From Obrimoposthia wandeli (lineage: Eukaryota), in the NCBI GenBank assembly GCA_977020255.1, contig CDROCS010003227.1:62001-126000 (forward strand): a stretch of 64,000 nt of DNA. The letters are read 5' to 3'. Below are positions 1 through 12,800 of this stretch, piece by piece. Under the pieces are notes generated by a model that saw only the letters and a program-made list of their open reading frames with translations, searched no databases and had not been told where the DNA came from. How positions within the stretch are numbered: the first letter of the stretch is position 1; the number at the start of each line of letters is the position of its first letter. Position numbers and translations under genes: made by a program.

Positions 1-230
1 CTATTTTTGATAAAATTAAATATAATTTTGATATTGAAAATGTTTTTTTTTATGTTTTTGATAAAATGAATGGCAAAAATTATAAAACATCAACAAAAAA
101 AATTTCCGAAATTAAGATTAAACATTTTTAATATTTCACATGATCATTTATTAAAAATTCCAAGAAATATTTGCTGTCCATATCGTGATCATGGTGAACA
201 TTGTGAATACATAAAAAGTGTCTAAGTCTA
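1..230 (+). pseudogene. 3' remnant of a Polinton accessory gene, paralog of 47737-48246
   Basis: With frameshifts it translates to FYVFDKMNGK..KFPKLR..ICCPYRDHGEHCEY, matching FYVLDENNGAK..FPEFR..INCPYIKHGEHCAY of ORF 47737. It lies directly upstream of a pPolB relic, as in the intact element. Confidence 0.7.
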
Positions 231-339
231 TCTAACTATTACCTGACATGTAGATAAACAATCCTTCTAATTGGAAAAATAAATTCAATAAAAATTAATA
301 TTTTCAACCAAAAATAAAAGATCATGTGCGCATAAATTT

Positions 340-351
340 TAGTATATAAGC
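340..351 (+). promoter_or_regulatory. TATA-box motif TAGTATATAAGC upstream of pPolB relic A
   Basis: The identical 12-mer occurs at 48321-48332. The two copies lie 56 and 57 nt upstream of an ATG followed immediately by a GTAAG donor. Confidence 0.6.
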
Positions 352-395
352 TCTCAATTTTTTCATTTCAATCCCCAATTTTTGAAATGATGAAT

Positions 396-2620
396 ATGGT
401 AAGAACCTTATATTTTTATAATTTATTCATATTTATTATTTTAGATTACTTGCAACTTGCTATTAGACAATGTCCAAATATTATCGAATAAAGCCTTATG
501 GGCAGGTGCGTTACGTCTGCTCGTTCTGCAGAACGATGTAGGGCAAGGAGTATCCGGCCTTCTTTGCTGAACATCAATCTCACTTGTCCAGCATCACGGC
601 CAACAAGAAGAAGAAGAGCATCGTCCTATTAATGCGCGATTCACTGACTGATTCAGTCCTAGTTCCAACAACAGCAGTTACAATCCAGTCTGCCTTTGGT
701 CCAGGTATCACCTCTCCTGTATCAACGCCTGCAGTTGGATCATCCACTCAACTTTCGAACAATGACTGGATGGATCAAATCACTCAGTTAGATTTCGAGA
801 TGGAGCAGCCTTATTGGAGCGACAATAGCTGGTTGGACGAAATCAATGAATCCGAGTTCCAGCTAAGCGATGACAGCTGGATGGATGCTGTTGATGAAGA
901 AGACTTCCAACGAGCTACAGTTGGATCAGCTTCATCAGATAATTCTTGTCATGATTTTAAAAAAATATGACATTTATATATTTTAATCAGGAAATTCTTT
1001 GAGATCACAGTTGCCGTCCTTTACTACAGCTGCAATGCCCCCTCCAGAGTGAGTGTCTTCATCGATTTTCGCACGCCTTATAGGTAATGTTTAAAATAAA
1101 TATAATTTATTTAATATATATATATTCAGCAGATGTATCATCGACCTCAACAACAGTAACATCAAGAGCTTCCCCGGCTACAAATTCACATTCATCGATG
1201 GTGGCACCAGGGTCGACTTTGACTGGCGTAAGAGGTTAATTATAAATTATATAATATAGTTATTGTTATTTATTTTTTAACAGTTTCGTCTTCAATGACA
1301 TCGGTCGCAGCGTCATCAGCCGCTGTAGCTTCAGCAGCACCATCTTAAACAGCCGCCGTATACTCAGAAGCACAATCAGACGCTGTAGTCTCAACTTATG
1401 CAGCACCAACGTCAACAAATTCGGCAGAAATATTTAATAGAAATAGTTGTCTTCATATTCAATTAGGGAGAGGTGATGATAGGTAGAAAGAGGTGCGACA
1501 GATTTCCTAAAATGACCCACCAAAAAAACGTAGAAAAAACAGTGCTACTATAGAGTATCACTTAAATAGCAAATATTTATAGTTTAGGTGACATGGCAAA
1601 TAATTTTTTTTTAAACGTATGTGTAGATGCAAATATTGAAAATATTTTAAAGTCAGAAGTATTAAATTAGGACAGGCTAAGATTCAGTTTTGTGCAACAG
1701 TGCATTTTAAAAATGTCAACGAGGAAACAAAAACATGGGTAATTTTACATAAAGCTACTGTTTTCTACGATAATTTTGTAACTGAGATTGGAAGAAATTT
1801 AAATGAAAATATTGCTAATTATAGCGAGTTAAGTAGTGGATGGACTCTAGTTAGATGTCACGATGTTAGTTTTGTTTTAACAAAGTTCACTGACATGATT
1901 TATCTTTCGGGAGTTCATACATTCTTTCACCTAGATCTCTTCAACTCTCACGTTCCATTGTTAACGTACAAAACAGGGATAATCATTGCTTCCTGTATAG
2001 CGTGTTGGCCATCCTCAAAAGGGATGTAAATACTGAGCACAGAGAGTGTGTCAGTAAATATATCTCTTTTTACATGAATTGCAGTATCATGGAATAGATT
2101 GTCCTGTTAAATTAACTGCGATATCAAGATTTGAACACCTTAATAACTTGAGTAATAAATGTATTCAAATATAATACCGATATCCCAGTTAATGTAATAG
2201 AGGAAGAAATATTTTAAAATCCTTTTGTAGATGTAATTTATAGGAGCAATAATGAGGGACTCCGATCTACTTAATTTTGCTCGAACATAATAATAAATTC
2301 CACTATGCTGCAATTCCCAATTTAAATTGTCTTTTAAATTTAGATAATGGAGCCTTGTCGGTTAGGATAATATGTAAGTGGTGTCATAGATGTTTGCATG
2401 GATTCAGATCCGAGCTCTCATACAGCAAACATTTGACATTATGTACACTGAATCCTGATGACAATACGCTATAAAGCATGCCTAAAGATAAGGATATAAA
2501 ATTCAGTGATTGGCAAAATGCATATCCGTGGAAATAAGGGTGCATGCTGATTTTGAGTCAATTCTAGCTTTGCATGACCAGTATGAGAGAATTCACATAT
2601 TCAGACCACATATGTCATGT
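396..2620 (+). pseudogene. Diverged Polinton pPolB relic A (N-terminal half)
   Basis: N-terminal Zn finger (YVCSFC..FAEHQSHL), ENIANYSELSSGWTL, CFLYSVLAIL, LLEHNNKFHYAAIPNLNCLL, CHRCLHGF..YSKHLTLC and a partial ExoI motif are colinear with pPolB 48378-52698. Many stops and frameshifts; candidate short introns at 399-444, ~1084-1128 and ~1235-1283. Confidence 0.8.
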
Positions 2621-3129
2621 TGATTAGAATGCCGCCATACTTTGCCACTGTAGGTCTGATATAATGTTTGACGTCGGTTACGAAACAATTGGGCAAAACG
2701 AATCAGGAAACGGCCATAGCACCACTGATTGATGCTACTCGGGTAGATCACAGCATCCAAATATTGTAAACAATTACTGATGAGAGACGAACTCGGTGGA
2801 GAGGCTAAGAAAAGTTTTCATCTGCTTGAATGGTGAACTGCTGAACTTTTGAAAAATTTGAATTTCAGGGATATAAGATTAACAAATTTTGGCGCCCTTT
2901 TTGTGTTGTTTATTTCATATATCTTTGATGATACATAAATCAATATTTAAGTAAAACATATCTAACCTTGATTACATAAATTAAGCTTTTTTAAATAGTA
3001 CAGATAAAATAAAAAAAGGAATTTTGCAGAAAATAATTTGTGTTTTAACACTAGAACAACCACGCATTTAGAATATTTTAAAATTAGAAAATGAGTTTGT
3101 TTAAATTTATTAATATTCTAGAAATACCA

Positions 3130-3426
3130 TTTTAAAAAATGAATTCAAAGAACAGGAGCTAATGTGCGATTATCAGGATTTAGACTCTGAAGAAAATGTG
3201 ATTGACACAACAAATAAAGAATTTACGCTAAAAGATATTGACGAAATTTTTCATGATTTGGAATCTCAAGCAGAAAATAATGGATGGAGATCCTGATGTT
3301 CTCCGTGTAATGAATGTACGTCGTGAAACAGACAGTGTAATTAGCTGTTATAAAGTGATAAATGACGAAAAAAGAAGTAAAATTCGAAGCAAACAAGTTT
3401 GCTACAATATTTTAAAGGTTTCATAA
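3130..3426 (+). pseudogene. pogo/Tigger-like transposase C-terminal fragment
   Basis: KQKIMDGDPDVLRVMNVRRETDSVISCYKVINDEKR resembles the C-terminal tail of Tigger-type transposases; frameshifted. Confidence 0.4.
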
Positions 3427-3812
3427 ACTGTTTTTAAGCACAGGCAGCTGCAATAAATAATAGTTTCAAATTAAAGTTTATTTTTAATTAATTTCCTTCA
3501 ATTCAATTTGTTTTCGAAAAATTGGCACAAGTACTGTACACCGGGTATTCCTGTATACTGTTTACAAAAATTAGTACATCTACGGCACATAATATAAGCC
3601 TAGTGCCGTAAAAGATTTGTAGAATTGTTTAATTTAAATGGAAACTTTATTTTCAGTTTAATGATTTGCAGTAAATTTGAAAATGTTTTGTTTTAAATTT
3701 AAACAAGCGAAATCTATTGTTGAAGCCACCATAAACTTAGCTACATAAGTAAAACAGCACGCACAAGAAATACGTTAGTCAACTGAGACGATGGTCATGG
3801 TGGGGAATATTT

Positions 3813-6800
3813 TCAGCTCCTAGTTAGAACATTTGAAATATGGCCATCATTATTGCTGCAGCAAAGCTGACCCATGGGACCACAATTTGAAGCCTTGCTG
3901 CCGCATTGGGAGCAAGAGCACTCAAAATCGATGAGTCCAAATTTTCCAAACTTTGGATTTCCTGCTCCATTGTTGTAGATATGCTGCCAGCCTGCATGGT
4001 TTAAAATGTAAGGTTTTTCTGAAATCAACTATTTATAATTATAAATAGATAAAGGTAGTAAAATATATTTGTAAACTCACATTGGGATCATTAAAACCAT
4101 TCTTGTCGTAGTTTGAGGCCGATGTTGGGCTAATTTTCGTTTCTCTTTTTCTTCTAGAGGAAGCTTAAAAAGAAGGGTAACAAAATTAAGTGACGAAATA
4201 AAATAAATGCTGATTTTTCATCAGTTTTATAAAATTATCTTTAATCATTTGATTTTTCTTTGAATAAATGGGAAAACCAATTAATTTTAAATTTCATTAA
4301 ATTTGTTCGATCAAATTAAATTAGCTCTAAACATAAATAGAGAAACCAAAGCTCATTTTAATAATAAATAGATTATCTTGTTTAGTCAATATTTTTCAGA
4401 AAATTGTTTATGTCTTTAGATATTCTAATTTAGGGTAATTCAATAAATTCAAAATAAATTTTAATAATAAAAAATTTTCAACTTTTTTTCATTTATAAAC
4501 ATGTTTAACTTCGGATTTCGTCAATTCTGTATTTAAACGTGTTTCGTTGAAAATATAAATAAAACACATCATTCCACATAAAAAGTTATATAAAATCCTA
4601 AGTTGATCAAATATTTAGTACAATGGAAATTTTATGAGTCCAATAAAATAAGATCGTTATGTATCACTAACTGAAATGATATTTTGATTCTACATATTGG
4701 GTTTGAATTAACTTCGATGAAATATCATAAAGCTAAATATGTTTATTTTAGATAGAATAAATATAAATATATATTGAAGTATGTATGATAAGAATATACA
4801 TCATGAACCCCACTTTTATATTTAGAAGTTAATTTTTTTTATTAAAATTTTGAAAAGTAATAATTTGTCAAGAAATTTGGTAAGTCAAAATTACTCATTT
4901 ATTATTAAACCGAATGTCATATTTGTTTATTTTGTATGGGGTAAACTCAAGTGCTTTCTCCAAAAGAGGGATTTAAAATAATTACAGGAATTATTCACAA
5001 TACGTTTTACGTAGTACAATTTTACAAAGTACAGTGATTATTTATTTAAATAAAGATAAAATAATATTAAAATCATAATAAGAAGCTTTTTTGGAACTGT
5101 TGGTACATGAAAATTATTTTTGGTCGTAGTCAGGATGAAAAACTATTCATTAAAGGATTTTTCATTTGAAGGTAAATTTCTATGTTGCACTGCGTTTATT
5201 CAAATTTAAAATAATTTATGACTAGATGCGCTCATAGTGAACATAAATGACCAGGGGTTCAGTAAAACTCACGTCGTGTAACTTCAGTCATGCAATCCCG
5301 AGTGAGAATGCCAGTTGCTCTCTCAAATGCTTTCTCAGATACCCTCAGAGCAGCATTCCAGCAAACCCTGGTAAAATGGCAGTAGAGAATTGATTAAAAT
5401 TTATCCCCACAAACTTTTTTGAGAGCTAAAAACTTGAATATTGTTTAAAAAACTTCGTTTGAGGAGATTGGCCAAGTGGACATCGGTATTTGTTTTATGG
5501 TGCACGTTAGAGTACTTGTTCTGTGCCTGACTATATAATAACCAGAAATTCTGTGATTCGACACAGTTGGTGCTGTAATTTTTTGTTTGGTTGGCGCCGT
5601 GTAACAGTTTGTTATTTAGTGTGATAGTACAGCGAAGAATGTATTTTTAAACTTCCAATATCTTTTAATAGACAAAATCAGATTCTTAGTCAATATTTCA
5701 GAAAGTCATGAACTAATTTTAAACTAATTTTAATCAAACTGCCCGTAAATTCGAGAAAATTTTATGTTTACCAACAAATATCTCTGCCAATATCGTAAAA
5801 TAATGAGAGAGGAATAATAATGAGTAGAGAATTGATTAAATTTCCCACACAAATTATGTACAAACATTTCATGAGAGTTAAAAACATGAATATTGCTTGA
5901 AATTATTGTTTAATAACTTGGCTCGAGGAGATTGGCCAAGTGGAAACCGGATTTTGTTTTATGGTGCACTTTAGAGTGTTTGTTGTGTGTCAAGCTATAT
6001 AATAACACTGCATGAAAATTGTTAATTTTAAAAAGACTAGATGTATTCGATAGCATTTTTTGCACTGATTAAGAATATCATTTTTATATTCCTAGATGTC
6101 CTAAAGTTTTTGAAAAAATAAGGAATATGTAACTGGTAATTATATTATAATCCTTACTATTTATAATTCTTATTATATAAAAGTAAATTTAAAAAATGGC
6201 ATAATCCTTGTTTTTTCAAATTAGATAGCATCAACAAATATTCAAATTTTATAGGTAAACTTACTTATTTTAGTTATATAACCTCAAATGAAAACCAGAT
6301 GGAGCAAAATTGATCCCAACCATTTCTGTTATATATGTGGTGTTTATATATTTGAAGGAAACAGAAAACCAATCACCTATACTATCAAGATCAGATTCCA
6401 TGTTTATTTTAAGATGAAAATAGGAGATCGAGCCAAAGCATTTGCTCCTTATACGGGATGTAGAACATGTTCTACTAATTTGTCACTGTGGTGTAGCGGA
6501 AAGCTTAAGAAAATGCCGTTTTATACACCAATGGCTTGGCATGAGCAGACAGCTAAACACCTGGTGTATCCCAATTTGATGTCTGCTAACAGGCCACAAC
6601 CTCACGACGATGGTGAAAAGTTTCATATTCCTTTAGTTACTTGCAGCTCGGATATTTCAAGTTATGAGTTTAACCAAAACAAAAATGAATGGCAATATGA
6701 TGATGAAAGTATTAAGAAAATTAATCAACAGCAATTAGATAAGTTGGTTAAAACTCTGAAATTATCTAAAAATGATAAATATGTAGCAGGTTTCATGTTA

Positions 6801-9800
6801 AAGGAATTCGGTGTACTGGCTCATGAAACTCGATTTTATACATATTATATAAATAGAGATAAGGCATATGTCGTTTTTTTCAATAGAGATGAAAGTAATA
6901 AAATGGTATATTGCTGTAATATTCCAGGTTTATTTTATAAATTTGGAATAAAATCTGATGTTAAAAAATATTGGTGACTTTTTATTGATGGTAGTAAATC
7001 AGGTTTAAAACCTGTTCTACTATAAATCAAACAAATATCCAGCTACACCAATAGTTGATTCAAGAAAGCTAAAATAATATTACAATGCATTTAAGTTAAT
7101 ATTTGAAAAAATTCAATATATTGAATTTCTATGGGATGCTGGAGAAGATTTTAAAGTAATAGCTATTCTCACTGAAATGCAACAAGGTTACATTAAATAT
7201 TGTTGTTCCATGTGTCTTTGGGACAGTAGATGCAGAATAGGTAATTATTAAAAGACTCATTGGCAAACTAGAATTAATCAAATTTCAGGACAAGACATTT
7301 TTTTAAATGTATCACTTGTTCCAATTCAAAATATTATCCTGCCACCTTTACATATTAAATTAGGTTTATTTTAAAACTTTGTAAAAGCTTTAAATCCCAG
7401 TTGAGAACCAGCCAAAATTCTAAGAGGCACATTTCCTTAACTTTCAGAAGCTTAGATAAAAGAGGGAATATTTGTTGTACCAGATACTAGAAAATTGATG
7501 AAAAATGAAGATTTAAAAAAACAATAAATAATGTTGAATACGGAGCCTGGATAAGTTTATTAAACACTATTGGAAATTTCTTGGGAACAAATCGTTCACC
7601 TAATTACAAAGATATTGTTGCAGAAATGTTAGAAGCATTTAAATGTATGGGAGTGAAAATGTCACTAAAGATTAATTGTCTCAGTAGTCATATTGATTTT
7701 CTTCCGGAAGATTTAGGAAAGGTAAGTGATGAACATGGTGAATGCTTTCATCAAACTATTAATACTATAAAAAATCGTTACCAAGGTAGAGCTAATTAAA
7801 GAATGATGTCAGATTTCTGTTGGCTTTTACAAATCCAAGTGTTTTTAAATATTATTTATTATTTGTGTAATAAAAAAATTATTTTTTTCTCTTGATTTTG
7901 AATACAGTTAATTAATTAAATATCAAAATTTAATTATCCCGTTAAATTTAGAACATAGATAAATTTAGAACATAGATAAATTTAGAACATAGATAAATTT
8001 AGAACATAGATAAATTTAGAACATAGATAAATATGAATACCAGATTCGTATTCAGTGCGAAACATGCTATAAGATATACATATTAAGATGCTGGATTAAA
8101 TTTCATTTCCGTGCAGTGTAACCAGATATTCTGCGATTCGACACAGTTGGTGTTGTGATTTTTTGTTTGGTTGGCGTCGTGTAAAAGTTTGGTATTTAGT
8201 GTGATGGTACAGTGAAGAATGTATTTTTTTAAAACTTCCAATGGCTTTTAGTAGACATAATCAGATTCTTAATCAACATTTCAGAAAGCAAAGGATGCGT
8301 CGAGTTAAAACTACTGCCCGTAAATTCGTGAAAATTTTAGGTTTACCAACAAATATATTTGTCAATATCGTAAAATAACGAGAGAAAAAATTACATGCAC
8401 ACACTGCTCGTTTAATACATACACACGTGCTTGTATGTACAACCAATGATATAACAAAGCTATGATATATCGATCTGATAATAAACATCATTTAGCGACT
8501 TCATTTTTTTCTCATGTCAATTTAAATGTCTGCATTTTAAACGTCAAAAGAAATTTTCCGATTCTACGCCTGACGCTGCCAGAAATGGTCGATTTTCTTT
8601 AATTGCAGACGAGTCAAAGCACCATATTCAATCAATTGTCGACAAATACCTCGTGTAACCCTAACTCAAGTGTGCCAAGCAATCGATACCAAATACCAAC
8701 TGACAATAACAATATTAAAAGAACATTTACGTCTAACAAAAGTTTGTTCGGTGTAGTTATTGTATTCGGAACAAACTTTATCGAATTTCTTTGTTATGAA
8801 TCTTTTGGTGAGTTGCTTCATGAATTCAGTACTTCTCAATAGCTAAAACGACCAGTAATAATTGATAAGACATGGACTGCATTTGTACCGAGAATTTGCA
8901 AACATTTAGGAGCAGAAATGAATTCTTTTCACTGATCCTTCGAAATTCCCTCCCCACTCATTTCGTTCCGAAGATACACGTTCTCTTAATCTGGGTAGGG
9001 ACGTTTTTGAGGGGTGGATCTCGAAGGATCATTGAACATAGCTCATTTTCCATTCCTAAATATATATAAATCACATTTGGCTAATATTAAGACAATGTTT
9101 GTGATTTAGTTTCTTTTGAATGTGTTTATGTATTTTTATAATATCTTCAGTAGGGGGACCTGTCTCGTATCTCCTTGACGGTTTATTTGAAATTTTTTAG
9201 CACTGTTATTTTTCGTAAGTAAACATATTTAAAAATATTTTCTAGACCAAATATATATTTTACTACACCTCTGTTAAGTTTGAATGTGAGCTTAATGTGG
9301 ATGTTTGGCGGAAAATATGTCATTATTTTATTGATGCGGCTTAACCGCATTTGTGACTCAGAGGCTAAATAGAAGTTATTCAAAGGATACGAGATTTGAC
9401 AAATATTGAATAAACTCACGTATTATTTGAGCTCTTGAACATAAATAATTTTACAGCAACTCCAAGATTCAAGTCTGTGTAAGTGATTTTATCATCTGCA
9501 TCCCTTTTGACCTTGATACTTTTCTTTGGCTTACCGGCTCCTTTACTGTTTTCTGGTTTGATTTCTAATCCATCGAGTTTCTTGAATCGAAGCGGCATTT
9601 TAGCAAGCTTAGAAAGAAATTCCATGCTGTCGATCATGTTACGTTTGTCGTCATACAAGTCCAGACTGCACTGCAATGTAAATAATTTGCGGTTATAATC
9701 TATCTAGCGATTTACTACTTAATTTAGTAAGTAACATATCTGTAAAAATTATTATTTACATCTTTGAGATAGGTGAAGGTTGAGCCAATGACACCAACTG

Positions 9801-12800
9801 TACATTGGAGTTTTAGTTGCTCTAACTCAAACAGTGTAACATTCTCGCCTTCTGAGTAGGCGCACGTCTGAAGGCTGGTGGCGTTGATATGTGCCTTGTT
9901 GGAGCCACCGAATATGAAGACAGTCTTCCGTACTTTATTGGCCGTGTTGATGTCGCCATCCAACTCGCTCGGATCGTCGCTCGGCAGACGGCATTTGTCA
10001 GCCAGTTCTGAGTCACAGTTTTATCAAGGATTTAGCAGCTTACATTTGTCAATAGACAAAAGCAACAAAAATGATTCGAATTTATTCTTGTTATTTTTTT
10101 AATTTTCTTCATATGTATTTTAAATTAAAATGTCAGAAAATGTTTAATTATGAAATTGTTAAGGTACTTTATTTTATATATTTTCTGAATAATTTTCAGT
10201 TCTAATGGATTCTATGATTCCTGAAGATCACAAAGTTTGCTGAAAGATCTTTCAGCTTCGAGACAATACAAAGATTGTTATTTACCGTATTTGAGAACAG
10301 GTATTGTTAAGACTGACAATTGTAAATACACAAAGCCATTCAGAAATTCTCAGTTGGGTTATCGGAAGAGATTCCGAGCTACATTAGTTCAGTGATTGGA
10401 TGCGCGACTTGCAAAAAGCGAGACCTGGGATTCAATCCCCGGTTGAGACAACGGATCTTCTCCAGAAGCTAACAGTATAAACAGAACTGAACTGATATTT
10501 GAGAATCGCATTAGCATTATAGTCTGGAATATCGCTGAGAATATGATGTGAATAAAATTTCAGAGATGAAAAAACTCTTTAATCATAGTAAAATAGAGTA
10601 AATGATATTACCATATTGGCTGAATGTAAACAGTGGTAAATAATATATTGGAACGGGATGTCTTGTAGTCATGACCGTACCATGATATTTTGGCGCCATG
10701 AGCGGATTAAAAAAATGTGAAAATAATTTTTAAAGAGACAATGTATCATATATTTTTGAATTAAAAGAAAGTAATAGAATGAATTTTATTCACAAACTTG
10801 AAGACAAATTTTGATGATAATATAATAAAAAAATGACGAACACATATATTCCAGGAATATTAGAAACCGAATGGTAATGAATTGAATTGAAGTTAACTGT
10901 AAAATTAAATTTTGCATACTCTAGCTTATTATATTCATTAAATTGTTGATGCTTTATTTAAAATGTAAGTTATATAACAAAATTACGTAATTTTGCTGCA
11001 ATAACATTTCGAAATAGGTGTGATTTATTAATTTTATCCTTTAATTGCATGTATCAGCAAATAAGTTTTCACAAATAAAAAATTCTATGGTAATATTTTT
11101 TCACTATTAAAAATTATTTTAGTGCCTGAAACAGTTTTGTATTACCTGCATTTCCATTTGAAACCTAACAAATTAAATACAAACAAATATATAAGTATGT
11201 ATTATTAGAGATAATCGTCCTTATCAGAGATAACCACCTTCATATATAAAAGCTGCGTTGTTTCCTCTTGTTTAAAGTCCTCTTCAATATTCCAAACACT
11301 CGGTTTTGCTGTGTCATCCTCAGTATTCCGATATTTCGTACAAATATTTTCTGTATCAATACAGGAGAGAAGCTGCTTCAGGCTTTGATAATATGACCTT
11401 ACCAGCAGCAGTATAATATTTCTCACCGTTTGCCAACCAACAATTACATTCTTGATGCATGATACAAAACATATGATTTAACCAGTCCTTGTCGTCTCCT
11501 CAGTGTCGTAATCTGTTCATGCAACAATGATATCCTTTCTCTCCTTCAGTTCTTTGTGCAAATTTATCATTGCCCATCCCTTTAAACGTTATGGATTGAT
11601 AAGAAATTCGGCGACAATTAGAGAGCGGCCCCAAAAAGAGCACATATGGTATGTTTACAGAGTGACAGTGATAATATTCTTGAGAAATATTATCTAAAAC
11701 ACGCGATCCCACTAGAATAGTCATTGCCGTGACCCGGAAAGTAAATGGAAAGAAGCTTGTCTTACCTGGAGGCAGAAGTAGCTGACTCATTTTCTGAAAC
11801 ATCATCTTGGTATTGGAGTTGCAGCTAGCCAGAGCCATGTTCAGTCTCTTCTTGAAGTCCCCAAACACCTTACACAACTTCTTTATGACCCTGTCATCTT
11901 CCGCGTTGCGACTTGGCAATTCAGTCCCACTCGGTGTATTCACAGTAGAGTTTGCCTCACCCGGAATTGGAGGCGGCAATTTATCTTCAAGTGTACCCTT
12001 CGATCGACGAATCTGTAGGAAAGAATTTTTAAATTTAAACTACCGCAGCGTAATTTAGATTCATTTACTAAACATCCATCAGGTGACATTTGTGTTTGAT
12101 ATGAATCGAAAAATGGGAAAAATTGTAAATGGAAAAAAATAGAAACGACGAACCAAGATTTGATATGATGGTCAACAGAAAAGCTAGACGAAACAATTAT
12201 AATAACATTGGAAAGAAAACTAAAAAACAGCAATTCAAATTATATAAACAAAGTGGGGACAATTATGAAGTACTTACTTATGCAAAAGAGAACTCCTCGT
12301 CACGACAGACAAATTGTGAATGACTAGATTCATGAGAATCAAATAAATTGTTTTCACCTTCAAAATTATATGGTTGCCAAACTTTTGACAAGCATTGTAT
12401 GCTCCATTTCAAACAGTAATATAAGTACGAAAGAAGATGACTAAAATTCTGCACTTATCCAAAGAGCCAAAGAGTTTCAAAAAGATTTCTATACATTTTA
12501 AATAAAATTCTACCAAAACCAAATAAAATTAGAGCGAGGAAAATAACAGCGATTATTTTCCGGAATAGAATTTGATATATATTCTTCAATGGGAAATTAT
12601 ATCGGATCTATTGAATTTGCAAATAACAGATGATCGCAGTCAACAAATAGACATTCAAGAAAATGTATATTTCGTACAAAATAAAACGTCTAAATATTAA
12701 GAGTAAACATTTTATTTCGTTTTAGAATTTATAATTTTAATAATTATAAAATTTCCCGTAATTGTTTTACTAATAAAAAGAAGTTGGAAACAGTACAGTA

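Larger units (their letters stand above)
6006..8118 (+). mobile_element. Chapaev3-like (CMC superfamily) DNA transposon, 2113 bp
   Basis: TIRs CACTGCATGAAAAT / ATTTCCGTGCAGTG; 3-bp TAA TSD at 6003-6005 and 8119-8121; the empty site ctatataataaccag is visible in the paralogous copy near 5530. Confidence 0.8.
5380..8400. repeat. ~440-bp tandem duplication whose second copy is split by the Chapaev3-like element
   Basis: 5380-5815 aligns with 5822-6005 joined to 8119-8395 (e.g. gaggagattggccaagtgga and gattcgacacagttggtg occur in both). Confidence 0.85.

Noticed and set aside
11205-11711. Additional host exons inside ORFs 11500-11979 and 11205-11426
   Set aside because: Protein-like, but stops and ambiguous frames prevent a consistent splice model; left unassigned.
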